Shown: positions 10,227 to 19,905 of the stretch, piece by piece | Layout of the letters: each line of letters begins with the position of its first letter | How positions within the stretch are numbered: position 1 is the first letter of the stretch | Assembly: GCF_000150275.1 (NCBI RefSeq) | Contig: NW_002060975.1 | Location: forward strand, 417,041-443,614 | Length of the DNA stretch: 26,574 bases | Direction: 5' to 3' | Origin: Trichoplax adhaerens | Lineage: Eukaryota; Animalia; Placozoa | Made by a program: the position numbers and the translations under genes | Notes under the pieces: model-generated | The model's database searches: none | What the model was told of the DNA's origin: nothing | The model's input: the letters and a program-made list of their open reading frames with translations, nothing else

Positions 10227-10456
10227 AGATAGAGAAGACCTGGACCAATCGCGAATCTCGTATATAATAACTAACTAAGAGAATTCAAAAATAAAATCGT
10301 CGGCTCAAAAGAGTTGTTATTACATTTCTTCTCGCGCGCGTCAGCATATATGCCAAAGAAATATATAAAACATTTCTAAGCCGACGGCTCTTTTTTTTTC
10401 TTTAAATGATTTTTTTTATATTATTATTTTCGCGGGGGTCCAGGTCTTCTCTATCT
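10227..10456. mobile_element. MITE-like element, 230 bp, 20-bp perfect inverted ends
   Basis: agatagagaagacctggacc (10227..10246) is the exact reverse complement of ggtccaggtcttctctatct (10437..10456). There is also an internal inverted pair cgtcggct/agccgacg, and no coding capacity. Confidence 0.75.
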
Positions 10457-11243
10457 TTTAACCACATCATATTACCCTGTTATTTATCTTTAGACTATTA
10501 TTTACTCAATGGTCGCCTTGATTGTTTCATATTTCATGCCTAATGATTTCATTTTTCTAAAATAGACTAACATAAATCAAAGGAATAAACTAACTGATAG
10601 ACAACTCCCCAACCTATTACAATAAGAACATTACACTTAATATGCTTGGAGAATGGCTAAGAAAAGGCTGTGATTATTTTACAGAATGACCTATGCTAAC
10701 GGCCTATGTGTATGTATATAGATTCATAGAAAGTCAACTGTCAGAATACAATCGCGATACTATTGAAAGACTGAAAGATTTATAGTTCTTTTCTCTTAGG
10801 CTACAAATATATTGAATCTTTATTTAGACATAATGCATAATGATATTCTAGCCTATAGTGTACTTGACTCTTGGACAGACATCTGACAAAGTAATTCAAC
10901 ATTATTGTAGTTATTAGCTTTATTTTATATCTGCACATAGAATAATATCAAACAGATATACTACTGTTTAATAAGACTTGATCATTTTATGTCTTTCTGG
11001 GCGAAAACTTTAATATATCATTGATAACCATTTGTTCGATTTTAATTTTTTTCCTTTATCCAACTATTTTAACTCGTTGATAATTTGTGCTACAGTCCCC
11101 TCGCACACCTGATTCTTTCATATAGGTTATAAAATTCGACATTGACTTAAAAGGATTATTAACAATCTCAGAATGGAAATGATAATAACGTAAACGTCAA
11201 TTTACTCTCAAGTACAAAGTAGACGTTATTTGTATTTAGTCTG

Positions 11244-11745
11244 AAGCCGTATATGTTACCGTTTCCCTCATATACAAAGGCGGATATTAAACTCCATTCC
11301 GATAGCATGCTGTGTTTTCTTAAACGTGATTCTCGACCTATTCTATAACTAGATATTAGTGCAAAATTCTAAAGTCGTATATGTTACTATTTCCCTCATA
11401 TACAAAGGCGGATATTAAACTCCATTCCGATAGCATGCTGTGTTTTCTTAAACGTGATTCTCGACCTATTCTATAACTAGATATTAGTGCAAAATTCTAA
11501 AGCCGTATATCTTACTATTTCATTCATATATGAAGGCGGATATTAAACTCCATTCCGATAGCATGCTGTGTTTTCTTAAACGTGATTCTCGACCTGTTCT
11601 ATAACTAGATATTAGAGCAAAATTCTAAAGCCGTATATCTTACTATTTCATTCATATATGAAGGCGGATATTAAACTCCATTCCGATAGTATGCTGCGTT
11701 TTCTTAAACATGATTCTCGACCTATTCTATAACTAAATATTGATA
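11244..11745. repeat. 128-bp minisatellite, about 4 copies
   Basis: Unit starts at 11244, 11372, 11500 and 11628. Confidence 0.93.
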
Positions 11746-12123
11746 TAAAATGGCTGACAATCTGACAAAGCTATAATAACAAATTTAAAAATCCTTAAGG
11801 AAACAATGTGCAGTATCACACATACCCGGTATTAATATAAAAATTTACAGTATTATAACAGCCCATGTAGACAAAGTATCACAAATGGGATCAATTTACA
11901 ACCATTTATCCTTGTTTTTGCTTGAAAAGCAAGAAGGTAAATGGTAAAGCAATTTAAGGTCGGTTAAATGAATATGCGATGTTGTTCAATAGGTCATTTT
12001 TCCTCAAATTCTAGAATTAGATGTCGAGATAGCTAACCATTAGAAATGAAAATTCCGATAGCTTAAGCACATAAGGATTTCTCCTTAAAATGCCGCGTCA
12101 TATCGCGTATAGTATATGATATT

Positions 12124-13117
12124 TAAGTATTTTAAACCTACCTATGTGCTAGCATTACTTTCCTCAAAAGCATAGAGGCAATTATGAAGCTATTGAAGGT
12201 TAATTCAACGCTATACTGTGTTTCCTAATACGTACCTCGCTCTATAAGTATCTTAAAGCTACCTATGTGCTAGCATTACTTTTCCCAAAAAGTATAGAGG
12301 CAATTATGAAGCTATAGAAGATTAATTCGATGCTATACCGTATTTCCTAATACGTGTCTCGCTCTATAAGTACTTTAAACCTACCTACCTATGTGCTAGC
12401 ATTACTTTCCTCAAAAAGCATAGAGGCAATTATGAAGCTATTGAAGATTAATTCAATGCTATACTGTGTTTTCTAATACGTACCTCGCTCTATCGCTCTA
12501 GAAGTATTTTAAATCTACCTATGTGCTAGCATTACTTTCCTCAAAAAGCATGGAGGCAATTATGAAGCTCTTGAAGATTAATTCAACGCTATACTGTGTT
12601 TCCTCATACATACCTCGCTCTATAAGTATCTTAAGCCTACCTATGTGCTAGCATTACTTTCCTCAAAAGCATAGAGGCAATTATGAAGCTCTTGAAGATT
12701 AATTCAACGCTATACTGTGTTTCCTCATACATACCTCGCTCTATAAGTATCTTAAACCTACCTATGTGCTAGCTTTACCTTCCCCAAAAAGCATTAGGGC
12801 GATTATGAAGCTATTGAAGATTAATTCAGTGCTATACTGTGTTTTCTAATACGTGTCTCGCTCTATAAGTACTTTAAACCTACCTATGTGCAAGCATTAC
12901 TTTCCTCAAAAAGCATAGAGGCAATTATGAAGCTCTTGAAGATTAATTCAACGCTATACTGTATTTCCTAATACATACCTCACTCTATAAGTATCTTAAA
13001 CCTACCTATGTGCAAGCATTACTTTCCTCAAAAAGCATTAGAGCGATTATGAAGCTATTGAAGATTAATGCAACGCTATACTGTGCTTCCTAATACGTGC
13101 CTTGCTCTATCGCTCTA
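12124..13117. repeat. ~122-bp minisatellite, 8 copies
   Basis: acctatgtgc(t/a)agc recurs at about 12140, 12261, 12387, 12517, 12639, 12760, 12882 and 13004. Units are mostly 121-122 bp with small indels. Confidence 0.95.
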
Positions 13118-13922
13118 TAGCAAATAATTAGACAGAAACGTTGCAAAATGGCTAACCAAATTGGAATGTTGGAAAGTGATAATCACTTGTATATCAAGAT
13201 TTACTTTACCATCTTGTTTATTGGACATCTTCCCATTGCTAACCTTACCAATGAGTAAAAGCATTCTCGATTGATTGACCAAGCTTCCATGACATGATCC
13301 AATGCCATGCAAATCCATAGTAGGTCTCCATGGCGATAATTTATGTGCATATTAAATCAATGGATATCCAGCAATATGGGAGTGATTGTAAGCGTCCTAG
13401 ACAATAACAATATTGAATGACTAGTTTACGACGCCATTTGAATTGCCATGCCGATTGGCATAGCCATTTCTTACTGAAATCATATCACAACTAGTCTTGA
13501 TATTAGTTAGACTATTCGATCGGCACTGATTGAAGATAGTCCTTACCTTCCTAGGATATTACTGGAGGATGCGCATGAATTGATGATTCTTCTAGGTAGT
13601 TTAAGTCTATTAGCTAGCCTCCATGCAGCTTCGGTGTTGCAAGGCCATTTTCTTTCTCAAGGCTTGTTGTTCAGCATTTCATGATCGTTTTCTCATTTTA
13701 TCCTTTTCTCCATAGGAAAACAACTTCATCCTTATTCAATTTAGCAGATCGAATCGATCGAATCCTTGTCATCGTGATATCGGTAGATAGGTCGATTGGA
13801 GATTAAAATTGGGTCAAGAACCCACTCCAAAATTGCAGGATTACACGTCGTCCTTGTTGGAAAGATCCAATTGCTAATCCAATCTCCATTTTCATCATTC
13901 TATTAGCCAATTGAAGTTGGAT

Positions 13923-14168
13923 GTAAGTAGGAATAAATTGACTTGGTTAACGAGGAATGGCATTTCGTTATTGGATCCCATTCGATGCATATCTTAATTG
14001 TCAGCATTAATTACTTTATACAGAAATTATTTTATCAAGGAAAAGCAAGCAAACACGCTATACAATAAACTGTTTTTAAATTGTGAATGTCCAGCAAGTT
14101 GCAATTGCTATCCACCTGAATTTTTTTTCTTTCCTTTTTTCTTTTTTGATTTGCAATTGTTGAATCAG
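13923..14168 (+). other. Possible 5'UTR intron of the filamin gene
   Basis: Donor-like GTAAGT at 13923, a long polypyrimidine tract at about 14121-14148, and CAG ending at 14168. An in-frame stop precedes the ATG at 14271, so the upstream part is non-coding. Confidence 0.45.
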
Positions 14169-14270
14169 TGGGTCATTAATTGATCTAATTATCCGTTGGC
14201 CTAGCGCGAGTGCTAGTGAGATAACTTTCCTATCGGACAAGCTGAAATTGATCCTGTTGTTGATAGTACC

Positions 14271-14691
14271 ATGGAGGAACAAGGCAAAGAGAAAATGGAC
14301 GATCGGCTATCTTCCATCGGTGATTCATCAGAAGCAATAACACTATCCGATGAAGAAAAATCGACACCGTCCTTGGATAGTCATACATCTAATGATGCTG
14401 CTTTACGTTTTTCTACAACCATGGCAGAACAAGCGCAAAAATGGGCTAAAATTCAACAGAAAACCTTTACCAATTGGTGTAATGATAACTTAAAAGAGTC
14501 CGGTACCACGGTCCAAGATTTAGCCAAGGATTTAGAAGATGGAATAGTTCTAATTAAATTAGTTGAAACGTTATCCGGTCGTAAAGTTGGTCGATATCAT
14601 CGTAAAGTCAAGAACAAGCCTCAAAAATTGGAAAATGTGGCTAAAGCGTTGAAAGCCATCGCTAACGATACAGTCCAATTAGTCAATATCG
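14271..14691 (+). CDS. Filamin-like actin-binding protein (Jitterbug/FLN-2-like), coding exon 1: N-terminal extension + most of CH1; full CDS 1253 aa
   Basis: accATGg start. WAKIQQKTFTNWCN...DLAKDLEDGIVLIKLVETLSG...QKLENVAKAL...LVNI is a filamin CH1 signature. Phase-1 donor G|GTAAGT at 14691/14692. Confidence 0.93.
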
Positions 14692-15619
14692 GTAAGTAGT
14701 TTTATCTTGTTGCTATCGATGACATCGGATAGAAATTTTCATTTCCTCTGCAAACAGAGACGCCATACTATGATTAAGATAGTTCAATCTCAAACTCTTT
14801 CCTTTTTGACATCATGGAGCTCATGATGGAGGACTTGATTGAAGGTTAAATCGATTGAGGACTCGGCATATTTCAATTTTACCCCTGTTTTATTGACTAG
14901 TCGATTTGAAATTGAATCGATCCATCGTTCCATTTTTTTTTTTTTCCCCCTCTTTTCCACTTAATATCCTATAAAACTGATTTAAATTGGACAATGATTT
15001 ATTTCTTCATACCTTGACTTCAAGATCGAATGGATTAACATCGATGCTTTTAGTTTAATATTTATAAGATTCTCATGCAATAGGCAAAAAATGATTGTAC
15101 CTTTAGCGATAGACTACAAGAGAAAAATGACCTCGATATGAATGTAGGAAGCCATGGACTACCGTGAGCGTAGAGTTTGTAAAAGTTCACTTCTTCAGCT
15201 ATTAATGCTGTCTAGTCGGGCAAATTAACTATTCTGATCCTACTGGTAAATTGCAATCGACTACCATCCTATTTTACAGTAAAAGAGAGCGAGAAAAGGG
15301 TCAGGGTTACTGCTAAACTGGTGCACATTTGATCGTCTCATTCAAGTCATCTCATTCATGATGTTGAAAAAAAAACGAGACTGTAAACTAATTTCTCGAG
15401 CATCATTACTTAATTAATTATCGTTACAACATCATATCCAAAAGTTTAAACTTGAGTTTGCCAACATTAGACGATATATATCTTCGTAGCCATTTTACTT
15501 TACTCAATTCCAACCGATTGCAGGCTTAAAGTGTTCGACGATGAGTGATTAGCACCATTTTGTGTTGAAATCATGGAGGGAGATTACTATTAGTTGGAAA
15601 ATGAACGACAGCTGGATAG

Positions 15620-15965
15620 CGTTGTGCACTGCAGTAGGCACTTGTAAGATTCGAAGAAATTCTCGTCCAAATCTTGGTTCTCGCTATTCCATCCAGGTTG
15701 ATGAAAGCACCCTAGACAGATCCATGCATCAATATTCAATGAAGTACTCTCCTCTTTCGCACAGAAATATTAGGCTAGGACTAATTAGCGCCATTTTATG
15801 TTCAAACCTTCTACTGAGATTGATTACTTTGATGAAGTAGAAGACTAGAGCGTTGTAGCAAAGGCTTGAAAGAGTTGGAAAAATTGTCCTACATGTCCCT
15901 GCTTATAGCTATTGCATCCATGTTCCTGAAAGGATCCTAGACAGATACACTAATCAATATGAAAT
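15620..15965. repeat. Old diverged duplication in filamin intron 1, period about 228 bp
   Basis: gctatt.catcca.gtt..tgaaag.a.cctagacagat.ca...atcaatat at about 15683 and 15908; agcgttgt lies upstream of each. Confidence 0.65.
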
Positions 15966-16721
15966 AGAAATCGAGAAAGATTGCTTTTATCGTTATAGCA
16001 AGGAATAGATGCGTCAAGATGATACCATCTTGCTTTGTACAAGAAGGGATAGCTTAGGATTTCATTTTAAATTAGTAAGAGCTCTAAATTGAATTGGATC
16101 TTTCTCCCAATTTTTATCCATCGTATTCGTTTAAACTGCTACGGTGCCTAAAGATAGTCTTTAGTTATAAGCAGACCATGATGAGTTTAATTATGCCTTG
16201 ACAGCTTGTATGCAAAAATCGATCGATTCCATCAACACAAGATTGATTCAGAATGAGCGATAGTTTAATATCATTGGAGTTGTTGCTTACCCAAATACCG
16301 ACCTATCATAACAGCACTACTCGCTAAAGGATTGAGAATTGGTTTAAGTACCCACGCAAGGCTGTTGATAGACCAACGATGAAAAAGATCGATGGAGGCT
16401 TATGGCATTACTTATCGGATTAACGATTAAGTTTTTAAGTCAAGAATTGATGACCAACGCTGGATTGGCTCAGTAGAAGGAGTGTCTTGAAATGAACGAT
16501 AGAACACCATGAAATACTCACAATATAACGGCAAAAACGATAGATAGAACCCTGATGGCAATTTCTGCCATGGTTTCATGGATTATGGACTCTTTCGATG
16601 GTCTAGATTTTATAGCATTTTCAGTAAACGTTCCATTTGCCTTTTCTTAAACGTTCACCGCCATGACAGCACTGAGAGTAGAGAATATGATGAAATATTG
16701 ACATTATCCTCAAGATCGACT

Positions 16722-17870
16722 TATGATGGAGTTTACATGATAACTGATGATTCGTTTAGAGTCGGCAAGATTGGAACAACATTAAAATTGATTCCTAGTA
16801 AGACGTCTAATAGAACTTCCGTCATTAAAGTAAAGTCGATAATGAAATATGGTATTTGCATTCGATTTTTAAACAGACCCATGATCACTAGATTTGGATA
16901 AAGTTTGACAGGATCATTTTGTCAGATCAATCACTTTATCATTAAGCTAGAGTGGGCAAGATTGGAATAAAATGAAAGACGTCTAATAGGACTACCGTCA
17001 TTAAATTAGAGTCTGTAATGAAATACTGGCATTCGATTTTTATACAGGCCCATGATTAATAGAATTGGATGGAGTTTTACATCATCATTTCGTTAGATCC
17101 ATGACTGTATGATTAGATTACAGTCGGCAAGACGATGGCTAGAATTGGATGGAGTTTTTACATTATCATTTCAGTAGATCCGGGACTGTATGATTACGTT
17201 AGAGTCGGTAAGACGATGGCTAGATTTGGATGGAGTTTTACATCATCATTTTAGCAGATCATTGACTGTATGATTAGGTTAGAGTCGGCAAGACGATGAC
17301 TAGAATTGGATGGAGTTTTACATCATCATTTAAGCAGATCATTAACTGTATGATTAGGTTAGAATCGGCAAGAACTAGACGAAAGTTTTACATTATCATT
17401 TCAGTAGATCATTGACTGTATGATTAAGTTAGAGTCGGCTAGACGATAACACAAATTGGATCGAGTTTTACATCATCATTTCGTTAGATCAATGACTGTA
17501 TGGTTAGATTAGAGTCTGCAAAACGATGACTAAAATTGGATAAAGTTTTACATGATCATTATAGTAGATCAATGACTGTATGATTAGGTTAGAGTCAGCA
17601 GGACGATGACTAGAATTGGATAAAGTTTTACATGATCATTTTAGTAGATCAATCGCAGTTTAATTAACTCAGAGTTGGCAAGATAGGATCAACATTGCAT
17701 TTCTTCCTTGTAAGGCGTCCAGCAGAACCACCTTAATTCAATTAGAGTCAATCATGAAATGCTCGCCTCTTGTATTATAGAAACCGATGATCATTAGAAT
17801 AGATGGAGTTATAGGGGTCCATTTTAGTAGATCAATCGTGATTGGGTGGATAGGAAATTGGCAAGATTTT
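16722..17870. repeat. Nested intronic repeat: 80-bp unit x8 (17060..~17690) inside diverged ~170-190-bp units
   Basis: taga(a/t)ttggat..agtttta-like starts at 17060, 17140, 17221, 17301, ~17371, 17451, 17531 and 17611. Longer units with the extra block gacgtctaatag.act.ccgtcattaaa.ta.agtc..taatgaaata flank the array. Confidence 0.92.
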
Positions 17871-18633
17871 AGTAATACTACGAGTGATTATTCGATATAT
17901 ATTTGAACGAGAATAAGATGGAGGGCCGCGAGCATCAGGTGTTATGGAGATCAACTTGGGATCAAGGCGTAGCAGCAGGACATTTTTTATCCTCGCTTTA
18001 ATTCTCCACTGTGTGATCTATTTAATCAGACTAGGCATTAACTCAACAGATTTAGACCCTAATATTTATTTTTCTCTCCTTGTTTATTTTAGCTCATCAT
18101 TTTTAATCTCTTCTGTAAGCTAATTGTCCACTAATTATAATATTATCAACTAATCAACATCGATATTTAACTTTGAGTAATACATTGGTATAGAGTTGTA
18201 AGTAATTGGGGTTAAAAATCGATCACGGCTTGACGTCCATTCAAATGAATATCAAAAAGAAGGCCAAGTAAATAGTAATAGTAGACGTATTATTCAAATA
18301 GGTTGGATAGAAAGTCGATCAATATCTATCACAGCATGATCTAGAACTAAGTCATCGATATATTGAAATTTAGATAGCACGATTGAACGATGGCAAGGTT
18401 GCAATTTTCTACATGGATAACAGGTGTTTTTACCGAGATGGAGAGTAGGAAATTCATCACTCGTTGACTATCTTCCATATCGATTCTATATCGATCTTCA
18501 AGCATAGATTATTCTTTCTTACAAACTTATCCCAACTACTCGTTTAACAACTTTGCTTTGATCATTACTATTGCTTAATAATAATATAGTAACGTAATTA
18601 ATGTCGATGCATTTTTACTCATTTGTCAAATAG

Positions 18634-19239
18634 GGAACGAAGATATCGTCAATGGCAACTTGAAACTAATTTTAGGCCTGATATGGAGACTAATTTTAAC
18701 CTACCAAATTAAAGTCAAGACCGATTCAAGCGACAAGCATAAAGCATCGGCGAAATCGTTAATGATGACATGGATTCAATCCATCATGCCAGCTTGTCGT
18801 GTCCGAAATTTAAATAAAGATTGGAATACAGGAATTCCACTATGCGCCCTTGTCGATCATATTCAACCAGGTGTCTGTCCTCAATGGACTAGCTTAGATT
18901 CTCGCAATCGATTAAACAATGCTCGATTGGGCATGAATATTGCCGAAGAGAAACTTGGTGTTCCACAAGTTTTATCCCCGGAAGATTTAATTAGCCCTGA
19001 ATTAGATGATCTTAGCATGCTAACCTATCTATCTTATTTTACATCAACACAAGAATCGCCTGGCTATCAAGAAGTATTAAAATTTGTAAATAGTCATCTT
19101 CCAGAAGAATTAAACGTTGGAAACTTTTCAACTGATTGGAAAGATGGCAAAGTCCTACATGAATTTGTCAATGCAATCTATCCCGGAGCTGCTCGACCAC
19201 CTCCACCCGAAGCGGTGCCGGAACAGTTAATTAATTTAG
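18634..19239 (+). CDS. Filamin-like, coding exon 2: end of CH1, CH2, start of a third CH domain
   Basis: Acceptor aaatag| restores VNIG-NEDIVNGNLKLILGLIWRLIL. Contains the motifs NLNKDWNTGIPLCALV and NFSTDWKDGKVL. Phase-1 donor G|GTAAGT at 19239/19240. Confidence 0.93.
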
Positions 19240-19399
19240 GTAAGTTTTTAGCATTCTTTACCGTCAGATATGGTAACCTTTACTATGCCGTAAATAAGGT
19301 ATAAGGAAGCTCTGAAGCGATGCTGTCGAGTTCTATCTAATCATCTTACTAACACTATTTTAAATATTGATCTTAACTGTCCTCACCGTTATCTTTTAG

Positions 19400-19579
19400 C
19401 CCTTACTGGAGCCGAACAGAAACTCGGTATTAAGCCATTATTCGCAGCGAGTAGTTTAATTAAAGCCGATGCTGTCGATGAATTCCCATTATTAACCTAT
19501 TTAACCATGTTTCGTAATTGTAAATCGATGGTTGATTATTTGAGAGAATGTACTGTTCAAGGTCCTGGAATAGTCAAAG
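19400..19579 (+). CDS. Filamin-like, coding exon 3 (180 nt, not in ORF track): end of CH3 and start of Ig repeat 1
   Basis: cttttag| ... G|GTAAGC, phase 1-1. Translates ALTGAEQKLGIKPLFAASSLIKADAVDEFPLLTYLTMFRNCKSMVDYLRECTVQGPGIVK. Confidence 0.88.
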
Positions 19580-19614
19580 GTAAGCACACTTGTTGTTTTT
19601 CTTCATGAAGGAAT

Positions 19615-19770
19615 TTGTACAGTTTAGATAGCAATTCTTGAAATGATATAAATTATCCATTTCAGCCACTAGTTATTTCGTTCGATTTTGTACAGTCTTG
19701 ATAGTAATTCTTGAAATTGCACAAATTAGAGTTATTAATTCTATTTAAACAGTTAGTTATTTCGTTAGAT
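19615..19770. repeat. Short diverged duplication in filamin intron 3
   Basis: ttgtacagt...gatag.aattcttgaaat..a.aaatta and tagttatttcgtt each occur twice. Confidence 0.7.
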
Positions 19771-19905
19771 AGGATGTGATTAAGGTTAAACTTATTCAGC
19801 AATATTCTAAAGGTGTAGTATAAATTGAACCAATAAAAGTTCAGAACTACCTAGCATACTAATTGCAACATACTACTCTTCTCTTAATTTCTATTGTAAA
19901 TGCAG

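Larger units (their letters stand above)
9020..11570. repeat. Near-identical ~1.09 kb direct duplication (9020..~10110 and 10481..~11570) straddling the assembly gap
   Basis: tatttatctttagactattatttactcaatgg starts at 9020 and at 10481 (offset 1461). The copies appear identical by eye until the low-quality contig end before the N run. Confidence 0.93.

Noticed and set aside
12230-12250. Minus-strand tag|AGCGAG|gta micro-exon-like pattern in the 122-bp unit
   Set aside because: The donor is absent in several copies, there is no polypyrimidine tract, and no host gene is evident.
1859-16901. Remaining short ORFs in the track (1859, 3008, 3375, 5447, 5784, 7494, 13115, 13998, 14076, 15562, 16578)
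   Set aside because: 60-107 aa, many with non-ATG starts, lying in repeats, introns or antisense to other features, with no recognisable domains.
9783-17690. Minisatellite arrays as CRISPR arrays or coding repeats
   Set aside because: Units are contiguous with no unique spacers, there are no cas genes, the context is eukaryotic, and unit lengths of 128, 121-122 and 80 bp do not preserve a frame.
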